A stretch of 64,000 nt of DNA from Chiloscyllium plagiosum. Its lineage: Eukaryota. The stretch is taken from assembly GCF_004010195.1 (NCBI RefSeq), contig NC_057718.1:93964039-94028038 (forward strand). The letters run 5' to 3'. The notes below the pieces were generated by a model that was given only the letters and a program-made list of their open reading frames with translations, ran no database searches and was not told where the DNA came from. The position numbers and the translations under genes are program-made. This document shows positions 22,801 to 35,039 of this stretch, piece after piece. Each line of letters opens with the position of its first letter. The first letter of the stretch is position 1.

Positions 22801-23364
22801 ATGAAGCTAACCTTATCTCTTTTCACTCAGCTTCAAATTTTGTTCTATCTCCCAATCACGAGCCAAACGTCTGAAAATGGAAGGAAATTTGACAGGTCAA
22901 CCAGTATTGTAAAAAATCAATAAGTGACAAAATCAATCCCTCACAGATAGTCTCACTTTCTTCACTGATGATTCTGTGATATCTAATATATATAATATAT
23001 GTATATATATACCTGGTATTGATGCAGAACAGAAGGCCGTGTCACACCAGGCTGAGCACACAATCTACCTACAGTGTAGGCTTCACACTCATTCAGAATA
23101 CATTGCAGACCTTTTAAACTTATTGTGCACTTCTTTTGCAACATGAAAGTTTCTTTTTGTTAATATGAATATACTGCACCTCCCATTTATAATGCAGGTG
23201 GTGGAGCGAACAAGCAAAACAGGACAAGGGAGCGCCAGAGGCAGTCACATGTCTCAAGTTGCAATGATGTGTAAAACACAAGACTTAAAGTTGCAAGCTA
23301 CCTCTTGTGGTCTCAGGACATGCAATGCCTTTTTCAGCCAAAATCTTTTGAAGTGCATTCACTA

Positions 23365-23790
23365 TGAGGTTGTCGTCTTGCCCGCTGAGCTGGTAAGCTT
23401 GCTTGCAGACATTTCACCACCATTCTAGGTAACATCATCAGTGTTGGTATATGTGGGTCCAACTCTACATGTTTGTTCATGGAGTTCCAACTTGAGTGTC
23501 AGGCTTCTAGGAACTCTCATGCATGTGTCTGTTTGGCTTGTCCCAGGATGGAAACATTGTCCCAAATACCAACCACTAAGAAACAGAACCAGCAACAAAA
23601 CCAGAATTGACACCACCAAAAAGCACACAAATAGCAAGTGGGACAGAACATCAACGTTTCACCAGTGTTGATGTTCTGATGATGTTACCTAGCATGTTGA
23701 CAAAACATCTGCAGAGAAACTTACCAGCTCAGTGAGCAAGTGAACCACCTCATCCACAACCCGAGCTACAAATCTTCTTGAATTCTTTGC
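23365..23790. mobile_element. older PLE family C-like fold-back
   Basis: ctaggtaacatcatcag (minus) versus ctgatgatgttacctag (plus); tail cccgagctacaaatcttc on the right arm only. Confidence 0.8.
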
Positions 23791-23813
23791 AGTCTCTATT
23801 CTACACAAGAACA

Positions 23814-23910
23814 ATTCTTGATGAAGAGTTTGTGCCTGAAACATCGACTCTCCTGCTCCTCGGATGCTGCCTGACCTGCTGTGGTTTTCAAGCGCCACAC
23901 TTTTCGACTC
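23814..23910 (+). mobile_element. PLE family A single arm
   Basis: ttcttgatgaagagtttgtgcctgaaacatcgactctcctgctcctcggatgctgcctgacctgctg. Confidence 0.85.
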
Positions 23911-24757
23911 CCACAAATAGCACTTTGGCAATGAGCAAATAATTGATTAGTCACGTTGGTTGATGTTAAACATTGGCTTGGACACTGGAGGAACTCCAGC
24001 TGTTTTCCTTCATAAAATGCCATGGAAATTTGAATGTGCACCTCAGGGAGAAGACAGGATATCGGATTAGACCATGTGCAACATTCATGCAATGATAAAT
24101 CCCTTGAATTGTCCATGCTCTGCGAATTGGCATTTGTAATACTAGCGTGGAGATGGTAGGAGGCCTGTTTTATGCGCAGATTCCAACAATAATGAATGCA
24201 TTGACTTTACAAGTTAGTTTTTCTCCTTGGAATATTTGTTGCTTTTCTTTCCATTCTATTTTGTCAGTCATGCTATCCCATGCGACAATTACTTGAGCAA
24301 ACGATTGGATGCAGTGCTCTTGCAAGTTCCCCTTTGTTTTATTTAGCTTCATGGGGATGTGTTTTGAGGTGATTTCAAAATCCAGTTTGCACTTTCATGA
24401 ACTGCTTGACCATACCATTTGAGCCCGTAGTTCGGTTGCAATCAATATACCAGGTAACCAGCCACCAGGAGGCGTCTGTGCCTAAGTGGCTCAGAGGTCA
24501 TGATCAATCTGGCAAAATGGACAGCATTGGATCAGGCAAAAATTTAGAACAGATTCACAGAACTGTTACAGTACAGAAAGAGGCCATTCAGCCCATTGTG
24601 CCTGCAACATGAGCATTATGATTTAGTGCCATTCTCCTGCCTTTTTCCCATTATCCTGAATATTCTTTCTATTTGAATAATCAGCTCCTACCTTTTTAAA
24701 GCCCTCAATCAAACCTGCCTCCATCTCATTTCCAAGAAATGCATTCCAGGCTGTTGA

Positions 24758-25052
24758 TTATCATAGAATCCCTACAGTGTAGAAGGAGGCCATTCAGCCC
24801 ATCAAGTCCACACCAACTCTCCAAAGAGCATTTCATCCAGACCCACGCCCCATAACCCCATATTTCCCACGGCTAATCCACCTAACCTGCACATCCCTGG
24901 ACTCTATGGGCAATTTAGCATGACTAATCCACCTAACCTACACAGACATGGTGAGAATGTGCAAACTCGACACAGTCACCAAAGAATGGAATTGAACCCA
25001 GGTCCCTAGGGCTGTGAGGCAGCAGCGCTAACGACTGAGCCACCGTGCCACC
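24758..25052 (-). mobile_element. HE1-type V-SINE, adjacent to a CR1 3' fragment (~24545-24750)
   Basis: Head on the minus strand ggtggcacggtggctcagtcgttagcgctgctgcctcacag; tail catagaatccctacag. Confidence 0.9.
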
Positions 25053-25774
25053 GATTATGGTGCGTACAATTGCCAAAAATGTAAATTGCCTCCATTCTCT
25101 GTTCAATCTGAGAGATTTGAAGGCTAAAATCCATGTCTAACTCATCATGTGGTGATTCATAGAGCTAAATATTTTTCTTAGCTCACCAGCCAGAGACTCA
25201 GCCCAATTGAATGCTCTGACATCCCATGGTACACAGTGCATTCACAGTTTCGATTAGCAATACGTTATTACACATCAAAAACAAAAGTGTTTCTTACCAA
25301 TAGCAACATAAAGAAAAGCTTCTTTTATGCAGCAAGTGGTGAAGGCAAATTCAGTCACAGCTCTCAAAATGGAATTGTATCAGTCTCTGAATGGCAATCA
25401 ATTTGCATGTTTATGTAGAAAGAGAGGGGAGTGGACTTGTTGAATTGCTCTTGCAAAGAGCTAGCACAGACATGATGGGCCAAATGGCCTCTTTCTGTTC
25501 TGGGTAAGCAGTCTATAATTTTATAATTGAAAAATCTGCTTCTAAATCTAAAGAGCATTCACCAATGTAAAGAGATTAATGTATCAATCGCTGGGTGGGT
25601 ATGTACAAGTGGATAAAACAACAATGTTTAAAAAGTTGCCATAGAGGACTATAGAACCATAGCACAGAAGCCTGAATATTGTTTCTATTTGAATAATCAG
25701 CTCCTACCTTTCTGAATGGCTCAATCAAACCCACCTCCATCTCATTTCCAAGAAGTGCATGACCAGCTGTTGAT

Positions 25775-26097
25775 TATCATAGAATCCCTACAATGTGGAA
25801 GCAGGCCATTCAGCCCATCAGGTCCACGCCAACCCTCCAAAGAGCATCCCACCTCTCCTACCCTATTCCTGTATTTCCCTTGGTCAGTCCACCTAGACTG
25901 CATATCCCTGGTCACTATTAGCAATTTAGCACAGCCAATCCACTTGAGCTGCTCATCTTTGGATTGTGGGAGGAAAATAGAGCACCCAGAGGAAATCCAT
26001 GCAGAACATGCAAACCCCATGTATACAGTTGGCTGAGGCTGGAGTTGAACCCAGGCTCCTCGTACTGTGAGGCAGCAGTGCTAACCACTGAGCCACT
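25775..26097 (-). mobile_element. HE1-type V-SINE
   Basis: gtgaggcagcagtgctaaccactgagccac head on the minus strand, with V-domain. Confidence 0.88.
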
Positions 26098-27888
26098 CAA
26101 TGCTTCCTGACCTGCTGAGCATTTCTGGTATTTTCTATTTCAAGCATTCACTGTGTTTTCCCTTAGTAATACTGTTCTTTTATGTTATTGTCACCATTCC
26201 TTTTTCCCTGAAAAATAGGCCATTGGTTGGGTCATGACCCAATCTAAACGTTGTGGGAAGCAGTTCATCAAATTCAGCGTATTTCACTTCCCCAGATATT
26301 TTCTAATTGACCTGACCAGGGTGTTATTTCACACATCTGAAGCAGGAGGGTCTTGAACTCAGGTCTCCTGGCTTAGAGGTAAGGACACTACCACTGTGCC
26401 ACAAAAGCATAGGGCTGCCTTCTCATGAGAGAGAGAGAGAGAGACACTGGTGTTTGTTTAACCATACCTCAGCCAAGGGGTAAAATTGAGAAGGAGACTC
26501 CTTCATTGTAATCTTAGCCAGTCTGGGAATGAAGAGAATTTCCTACATTAATTGAGATATGTGATTGATTAGATCCTCGCCTTTCATCTCTGGGACCTAA
26601 GTTCGTAATCTCGGCTCATGGAATGAAACTGGCCCTCGTTCATTAGTTGCTAATGCCATTGGGCAGTGTCCCAGTGGACAAGGGTTTACAACACAATAAA
26701 TCAGCAATAAGTGAGCAATATCAGACACAAAGCCTATAAGATGGCTGGAATGAAAGAAAGGAAAGGTGTCTTACTGATGCCTTAGAAGATGCCTTGCCTT
26801 GAGATCAAGTATTGAAGCAGAGGGAGCTCTGTAACTATCTCCCCTATGAGATGACTAATGATCTGACAATATAAAATAAAAATTCCTGCTGCAATATACC
26901 ACAATCAAGGACAAGAACTGTAAGATGACAGAAATAATCACATAAGCAACTAAGAAAAAGAGGAAACATTTTGGTTAAGGATTTGAAAATGACAAGACAT
27001 TAATTCAAGTATTTGCACTCTGGGCATTTAGTCCAAATCAACTGAGAGGGAGGTAAAATATATATCATGTACAATGATGCAATCAGAATTAGGGTTTCGT
27101 ACTTGAAATAATACAACTACTTATATGTTGTGAGTTTTGTCAAATGTGACATTCATTGAGCATTTCTAGATATTAGCTGTGAGGACTCTATCTATAATTA
27201 AAAAAAAGAATGAGAGCAGAATGGACTGGAGTGGAGTGGGGAAGGAGTTTAGCAGCAAAGATCAATGGCAGACATTTAAGATTATAGTTCATGGCCATGA
27301 TGAACGCATATTTTAGTGAGGAAGAAGGATACTGGGAAGAGGATAAGCCAATCACGGTTAACCAGGGATGTTAAGGCTAGTATCAGATTGAAACAAAAAA
27401 GATACAATGTGGCAATGGTTAGTGGTAAGCTTGGGGATTGGTAAAATTTAAAAACCAACAGAAAATAAAAAAAGGGAGAAAGTAAACTTTGAGTGTAAAC
27501 TTGCAAGTAATATCGAAACAGATGGCAAGAGCTTCTTTAAATATATAAAAAGGAGAGGACCCAAAATGACCGTTGGGCTCCTTAGAGAATCAGACTGGGG
27601 CCATCAAAATGGGGAACCACTAAATGGCAGAGGAGTCAAATAAATACATTGTATCAGTCTTCACTGCAGAACACACTATAAGTATCCCAAAATGACTAAA
27701 TATTCAAGTGGTAAATGGACCGGAAATAAATACAGCCGCTATCGTTACATAAAAAATGCAAGGGAACCTAAAGGAGATAAAGACCATTACGTCCCTTGGA
27801 CCTGATGGAATGCTCAAAGTTTGTGCGAAGATTTGTAGCTCGGGTGCTCGTTGTTGTGGTTCTGTTCGCCGAGCTGGAAGTTTTTGTT

Positions 27889-27928
27889 GCAAACGTTTCG
27901 TCCCCTGGCTAGGCGACATCATCAGTGC
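27889..27928 (-). ncRNA. minimal hammerhead ribozyme motif (family C)
   Basis: Reverse complement gca-CTGATGA-t-gtcgcct-agcc-aggggac-GAAACGTT-tgc. Confidence 0.78.
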
Positions 27929-28118
27929 TTGGGAGCCTTCTGCGAAGCGCTTCTTTGATGTTTCCTCCGGTGTTTATAGTGGTCTGTCCCTGCCGCTTCC
28001 GGTTGTCAGTTTCAGCTGTCCGCTATAGTGGTTGGTATATTGGGTCCAGGTCGATGTGTTTGTTGATGGAGTTTGTGGATGAATGCCATGCCTCTAGGAA
28101 TTCCCTGGCTGTTCTCTG

Positions 28119-28192
28119 GGGAGAAAGTGAGGTCTGCAGATGCTGGAGATCAAAGTTGAAACTTTATTGCTGGAACAGCACAGCAGGTCAGG
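28119..28192 (-). mobile_element. PLE family A tail nested in the family C element, running into the gap
   Basis: ggagaaagtgaggtctgcagatgctggagatc...cagcaggtcagg. Confidence 0.85.
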
Positions 28193-28613
28193 NNNNNNNN
28201 NNNNNNNNNNNNNNNNNNNNNNNNNNNNNNNNNNNNNNNNNNNNNNNNNNNNNNNNNNNNNNNNNNNNNNNNNNNNNNNNNNNNNNNNNNNNNNNNNNNN
28301 NNNNNNNNNNNNNNNNNNNNNNNNNNNNNNNNNNNNNNNNNNNNNNNNNNNNNNNNNNNNNNNNNNNNNNNNNNNNNNNNNNNNNNNNNNNNNNNNNNNN
28401 NNNNNNNNNNNNNNNNNNNNNNNNNNNNNNNNNNNNNNNNNNNNNNNNNNNNNNNNNNNNNNNNNNNNNNNNNNNNNNNNNNNNNNNNNNNNNNNNNNNN
28501 NNNNNNNNNNNNNNNNNNNNNNNNNNNNNNNNNNNNNNNNNNNNNNNNNNNNNNNNNNNNNNNNNNNNNNNNNNNNNNNNNNNNNNNNNNNNNNNNNNNN
28601 NNNNNNNNNNNNN
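28193..28613. other. assembly gap (421 N)
   Basis: Run of n. Confidence 1.
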
Positions 28614-28965
28614 AAACACTATATAGGACAAACAGGGAGACAGCTAACAATCCGCATACATGAACATCAACTAGCCACGAAATGACACGACCAGCTATCC
28701 TTAGTAGCCACACACGCAGACAACAAGCAACATGAATTCGACTGGGACAACACTACTATCATAGGGCAAGCCAGACAGAGAACAGCCAGGGAATTCCTAG
28801 AGACATGGCATTCATCCACAAACTCCATCAACAAACACATCGACCTGGACCCAATATACCAGCCACTACAGCGGACAGCTGAAACTGACAACCGGAAGCG
28901 GCAGGGACAGACCACTATAAACACCGGAGGAAACATCAAAGAAGCGCTTCGCAGGAGGCTCCCAA

Positions 28966-29005
28966 GCACTGATGATGTCGCCTAGCCAGGGGACGAAACG
29001 TTTGC
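28966..29005 (+). ncRNA. minimal hammerhead ribozyme motif (family C)
   Basis: gca-CTGATGA-t-gtcgcct-agcc-aggggac-GAAACGTT-tgc. Confidence 0.78.
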
Positions 29006-29214
29006 AACAAAAACTTCCAGCTCGGCGAACAGAACCACAACAACTGATGGAATGCATTGTGGGATATTGTGGGTAGCATTTACAGATATGATAGATGTGT
29101 TGGTGGTAAACATTCAGAAATTCTTTGATCCTGGAAAGGTCCCAGAGGATTGCCAGCGAAACACCTTTATTTAGAAAGAAAAGGTGATTAATAAGCTTAA
29201 TGTCTGTTATTGTG

Positions 29215-29805
29215 AAAATAGAGTCATTGAGTCATACAGCATGGAAACAGACCCTTTTGTCCAACCAGTTTATTTAAATGTTGTAACTGTAGCTGCATCC
29301 CCCACTTCCTCTGAAAGTGTTTTCCACACACAAACCACTCTCTGTGTAAAAAGAATTGCCTCTCATGTCTTTTTAAAATCTTTCTTCTTCCACCTTAAAA
29401 ATATGCCCCCTAGACTTGAAATTCTCCACCCTAGGAAAAAGGCACCTTATCTATATTCTTCACTACTTTATAAACCTCTACAAAGTCACCTCTCAACTTT
29501 CTACACTCCAGTGAAAAAAGTTATCCAGCTTCTCATACCCTCCATTCTCAGAAACATCCTGATAATTCTCTTCTGAACCCTCTCCAGTTTAATAATATCT
29601 TTCCAAGAACAGGGTGACCAGAATTGGGCACAGTACTCCAGCAGAGGCCCCACGTCCTCTGTAACATCCCAACTCCTATATCCAAAGGTCTGATCAATGA
29701 ATGCAAGCATGCTAAATGCCTTCTTAACCGTCTTATCTATACATGATGCAAACTTTAAAGAACTATGTACCTGAACCCCTAGGTCTCTCTGTTGTACAAC
29801 ACTGC
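29215..29805 (-). mobile_element. CR1 3' part
   Basis: QRDLGVQVHSSLK...PLLEYCAQFWSP...KLERVQKR. Confidence 0.9.
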
Positions 29806-31111
29806 AAATGGTTGAGTCTGTTATAAAGGGTGTAAAAAGAGAACATTCAGAAATGTGTGACATGGTCAAACAGAGTCAGTATGGTTTCATAGAGGGAAAA
29901 TCCTACCTGGAAAGGTTATTACAATTCTTTGAAGAGGAGAATAGATAAAATGGCAACAGCATATGTAATACGCTTGGATTTTCAGAAGAAGTTTGATAAG
30001 GTAGCACACATTAGGCTGCATAAGAAGATAAGAACTCATGATGTTGGAGGTAGTAGATCAGCATGGATGGAGGATTGGCTAACTAACATAAGATGGAGAG
30101 TTGGGATAAGAGGGCAGTTTTAGACTGGCAACCTGTGACTAATGTATGTCATAATGATCAGTGCTGGGGCCACAATTAGTTCCATTAGTTGTCAAAGACT
30201 GAGGCAAGTGACCAATGCCTACTTACCTTTGGCCACATTTGCGAATGACAAAAATAGGTGGGATGGCAAGATGTGAGGATGATACAAATGATTTATAGAG
30301 GGAAAGGTACAGATTAAGTAAGTAAGTAGACAAAAACTTGGCAGATTTAATATAAGGTGTGGAAATGTGAAGTTATGCATTTTGGCAAGAAGATTAGAGG
30401 AGCTGGACATTATTTAAATGGAGAAAGACAGCAGAAAGCTACAATATAGAGAGAGACTTTGGAGTCATCATCCATGAAACCCAAAAACCTAGCATCTGAG
30501 TTCAGATGATAATAGGGAAAGTGTTTGCAAGGTCATGGAATATAAAGATAGGTAGGTTTTGCTAAACTGTTTAAGGCACTAATAAGACCACAGCTAGAAA
30601 ACTGCAAACAATTTTGGAGCCCCTACCAAAGGAAAGATGTACTGCCATTGGAGACAGTCCAGAGAAGTTTCACTAGCCTGATCTGACATGTGGAGGGACT
30701 GTCTTATTGAGTAGATTGAGTTGAATCATTGGAATAATAAAGAATGAGAGGCAACCTTATGGATGCATACAAATTCTTTGAGGACTTGACAGGTTAGATG
30801 CAAAAAGATTGTTTCCTGTTGGGGGAGAGTCTAGGAACAGAGGGCATAATCTCAGAATAAGGCATCACACATTTATTAACAGAGGAGGAATTTCTTCTCT
30901 CAGAGGGTTGTGAATCTGTTGAATTCTTTACCACAGAGGGCTGTTGAAAGTGGATCATTAAGCATATTTAAGACTGAGATGGGTAGAGGTTTAGTCAGTT
31001 AATGTTATGGGGAAAAGGAGGAAAGTGCTATTGAGGATCATCGGATGAGCTAAGATCGCATCAAATGGCAGAGCTGACTCGATAAGCTGAATGGCCAATG
31101 CCTGATCCCAT

Positions 31112-31420
31112 ATATGTGGACGTAGAGAAGATTTTCCACTAGAAGGAGACAGAGGGAAGAGAGGGAACAGCCTTAGAGTGAAGGAATGACACTTTTGAAC
31201 TGAGATGAGGAGGAACTTCTTCAGTCAGAGGTTTGGTGAATCTGTGGAACTTATTGCCACAGAAAGCCATGGAGACCAAGTCATTGAGTGTATTTAAGAC
31301 AGAAATAGATTGATCATTAATTCGTAAGAAGATCCATGGTTACGGGTCGAAGGCTGGAGAAACATATAAGCCATGATCAAATGGTGGAGCCTAATTCCAC
31401 TCCTATGACTTCTGGTCTTA
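31112..31420 (+). mobile_element. CR1 3' fragment
   Basis: gaactgagatgaggaggaacttcttcagtcagagg...agccatgatcaaatggtggagc. Confidence 0.75.
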
Positions 31421-31874
31421 GGTCTAGTAGGGCATGTGCAACATTGTGAAGGTGTGAAAAAATCCACTGTTAATGCTTGGCTATACCCAAAGCAAATACT
31501 TGGTATTGCTCTTGGAAGACTTGCCAGAGTAGGAGAGCACAATTGCCATGAGAAACAACACTGGGATGCCCATCTATTCAGGGATTGGCTCTCAGATGTG
31601 GCTTTGTTTGGCAGGCCTTAGGGATCGGATGGATAACAAGGGGAGGGATGTGGTTCCTTGGCTTGGTTAGTAAGGCAGCCATAATGCCTTGGAAGGAAAG
31701 GAAACTCAGCTCATCCTTAGAGCCCAGGCCCCAGGTGGGCACCCTCCAATGAGCCAATATCAAAATACGGTAATGGGCCCAGTAAACTCCTCATGACCTG
31801 TCCATTTACAGAGAGATGGAAATGTGTTGCTGGAAAAGCGCAGCAGGTCAGGCAGCATCTAGGGAACAGGAGAA

Positions 31875-31906
31875 TCGACGTTTCGGGCATTAGCCCTTCT
31901 TCAGGA
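31875..31906 (-). ncRNA. minimal hammerhead ribozyme motif (family A)
   Basis: Reverse complement tc-CTGAAGA-a-gggc-taat-gccc-GAAACGTC-ga. Confidence 0.8.
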
Positions 31907-31914
31907 ATCAGAAT

Positions 31915-31946
31915 TCCTGAAGAAGGGCTAATGCCCGAAACGTCGA
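31915..31946 (+). ncRNA. minimal hammerhead ribozyme motif (family A)
   Basis: tc-CTGAAGA-a-gggc-taat-gccc-GAAACGTC-ga. Confidence 0.8.
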
Positions 31947-32965
31947 TTCTCCTGTTCCCTAGATGCTGCCTGTCCTGCTGCGCTTTTCCAGCAACACATT
32001 TCCATCTCTGATCTCCAGCATCTGCAGACCTCACTTTCCCCATTTACAGAGAGGCCAGGGCCAGAAGAACTCAGAGCGTCATTTATCCCAAGCATCCATT
32101 TCCCAAAGAGACCATCAGGAAATACCCAGACAAATCTGGGATCCAGGAAATCAGGGCAGCAAACCCAAGGTGTTGCTGTTCTGTTATAATCTCACTGGAG
32201 CTATGATGCAAATGTTCCGGGAAAAACAATGGATTTTTGGTGCGATAGTAAATAGCTTCTGTCAACACCTCAGTGCACTGCAACTGCAGGTTGTTGTTGC
32301 TTTGAATTTACCCAGGGGACCAGCCATAGCAATGCCAGAGCTGATCAATTAATGCCACCATTATAATGATTGCATTACAATAATACAGTTTTCATTGCAC
32401 TCATTTAAATCAATCAGCCTTTTGAACTTGGCTGGCAATTATTTGTCCTTGGAGCTTTATTACATTTGGCCATTTAGTATGGTTTCAGCTGCATAATGCT
32501 GTTCCCTTAACCAATTGTGTTGGGCACATTTTCCAGTCACTCTCCTTATGATCTAATTGATTCTTTGTTTACTCCGTTCCCCGCCCTTTCTAATATTCTC
32601 AGCCATCAATATTATTGCCAGCTGTGGTTTATGCCAGGTGCTTATTCTCCCATCAATAAAAATTAACCATTCCAGACTGTACCAGCCCACCCTTAGCATT
32701 ACTTCCTGTGATTTTCCTCCCACACCATCAGTCCTGACCAGGATATAAGAACCACACCTGATTGAAAATCTCATTCTAACCCGTCCCTTTCTCTCCTTGG
32801 TAACCTGCCCCACCCTGCCCCATGATATGAGTATTAATCGGGCTACTCCGCCTCTATACTCTCCTCTGTTAGCCCTGGCACTCCACAAAGAAAAATAATC
32901 TTGCTCTCTCCTGCATTCTGTTTCTCCTTATCTTTGCAAAAGGACAACAACAACCTTGCGTTTAA

Positions 32966-33365
32966 ATGATTTGGAGGTGCTGTTGTTTGACTGGGGTGGA
33001 CAAATTTAAAAATCGCACAACACCAGGTTACAGTCCAACGGGTTTATTTGGAAGCACTAGCCTTCGAGGTACTGCCTCTTCATCAGGTGTTTGTGGAACA
33101 GGACCATAAAACACAGAATTTATAGCAAAGGGTTTCAGTGTCATAGGGCTGTAATGATATAATTAAACAAATGATATATTAAAAATAAGCCAAATTTATT
33201 CAATATATCATTATAGCTGCATGACACTGTAACCCTTTTGCTATAAATTCTGAGTCATATGGTCATATTCCACAACCACCTGATGAAGGAGCAGCGCTCC
33301 AAAAGCTAGTGCTTCCAAAAATCCTGTTGGATTATAACCTGGTGTTGCGTGATTTTTAACTTTGC
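32966..33365. mobile_element. PLE family B large fold-back (~170-bp arms)
   Basis: 33000-33170 mirrors 33195-33365. Hammerhead-like cttcatcaggtg (minus) and cacctgatgaaggagcagcgctccaaaagctagtg (plus). Confidence 0.88.
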
Positions 33366-34192
33366 ACTTCTATGGCAATGTTGAGCAGAGATGCACCTCA
33401 GGCGCTTTGCAGAAGAGCTTAAGGACAGGTGCTGAGCTTGTGAAAAGAGTTCAAAAATTTAAAGACTGAAAGTGTGGCTCAAGAGATGTATTTGGAGGCG
33501 GCTTTGAGGAGGTGTGCTGAGAGGTGGAAAACTCTAAATGGAGGGTTTCTCAGAATAAAGGATGGGGAGGTTATGGCCAAGTGGTGTTACCACTGGACTG
33601 TTAATCCAGAGACCCAGGAGGGGTCTGCCATATTTTCACCCAGGGGGTGATGGCAGCCTGGTTTGGTGTTTAAGGTGCTAATCCTGAGTTCATTTAGAAG
33701 GAGCCTGTATTGATACCTGCAGCTGCAAGGCCCAACTGTTGGTACATTGAATAAGAATGGGCGGTTCGTTTGGCCAGATGGAGCAGACATGATGGTTTGA
33801 ATGGCCTTTCCTGTGCTGTAATGTTTCTATGATTTGGTCTTGGGAAGTGTGTATTGTCAAAATCTGGAGCCTCAGCAGTAAATCAATCATGAAATTCATC
33901 ATATCTGGGTCTGGCTCTACTTGAACCCAATGGCCCCATACACAGGCATCTCAATAAAAACAACCAGATGGCAGTCAAGAACTAAAACCTTCATTAACTT
34001 TCTCTCTTCCCCAGACCAGTAGCCCATAATTAATGTAGAATTCCAATGTTACCTCAGTACAAGGTAGATATTCAACTGGGAACCGTGTGTCTACATGGTT
34101 TAATAATATTGCACTTGTTGCTTCTATCCTTTATAATTAAGAGAACAATCAAGGAACTAGGAAAAGTGTAGGGTGAAATCACCTCACACAAC

Positions 34193-34355
34193 ATGCCCGT
34201 AGTGTTCAGAGATGTGTTGGTAAGGAGCATTAACGATGGGAAATGTAGGGTTACAGGGACACAATAGGGGGATGTGTCTGGGTGGGATGCTCTTCGGAGG
34301 GTTGGTATGGATTTGTTGGGCTGAATGGTCTGTTTCCACACTGTGAGGATTCTAT
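34193..34355 (+). mobile_element. HE1 SINE 3' part
   Basis: tgcccgtagtgttcag...gggctgaatggtctgtttccacactgtgaggattcta. Confidence 0.8.
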
Positions 34356-35039
34356 TAAAACAAAATGTGTGGGCAGTCCTAAAAAGCTAACAGCTACTCT
34401 AATAAAGATGTTTTCATGATTTTGTTTTGCATTAATTGGTTCCTTTTGTTAAAACATTGGATAGCCAACCATCACATGATTCCGTATTTGGTGATTTAGT
34501 CATGTTATTTTTCAATATTTAAGGTTATTTGACTCTTAAAAGGTAAAATTCACTCTTTCAGCTCATAAGAAAGTTATCTGAGGCAACTTAAGTCCTGAAT
34601 TGAGTCAGTAACTATCAATGGTCAACAATAATGGAAGAGAAACCTGACAAATCCATCACTTTATTTTATCATCCTTCACTTTTTCATCAATGTTTTTCAT
34701 AACTTGTAATTTATTTCAGTTGGTGCTCAGAGTTTAACAATGAAAACCAGCTTTGGAGATCTAGAATTCTGCATTTGTTTTATTTATTGTGCATGTGTGG
34801 GTGAAGTTATGGGAGTTCGATGCTAGAAAGGAAATAGATGCTTTCTTCTTTTTCTTCAGCTGTTGCCCACAATGAGTCCGCTTAATTCAGACTGAATGGA
34901 ATGCTGCTACTCATTCTGTTCTGTCCCAACTACAACCTAAGGCCCAAGACAGCATCCCTTTACTGAACGAACCTTGAGTTTTCCATTTCCTGCACAGGTG
35001 ATTGTTGAGTCTGTGCTAAGTCTGTTTTGGCACTGTTTT

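Larger units (their letters stand above)
27814..29043. mobile_element. young PLE family C fold-back element spanning the gap
   Basis: Left arm minus, right arm plus with GIY-YIG KHYIGQTGRQLTIRIHEH; 12-bp TSD ctgatggaatgc at 27802-27813 and 29044-29055. Confidence 0.92.
27275..31110 (+). mobile_element. old CR1 LINE interrupted by PLE and CR1 insertions
   Basis: gtcccttggacctgatggaatgc (GPDGM), LDFQKKFDKVAH, FANDKN.. and the 3' region ~30500-31100. Confidence 0.8.
31816..32039. mobile_element. young PLE family A fold-back element, two intact opposed hammerhead motifs
   Basis: Near-perfect arms of ~95 bp around 31910; 14-bp TSD ccatttacagagag at 31802-31815 and 32040-32053. Confidence 0.95.

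Noticed and set aside
27925..28713. Long ORFs of 147-233 aa
   Set aside because: Artefacts of translating through the N gap.
31816..32039. Reading the palindromes as DNA-transposon MITEs
   Set aside because: TSD length varies (9-17 bp), the arms are asymmetric, and the sequence is continuous with GIY-YIG PLE coding remnants elsewhere.
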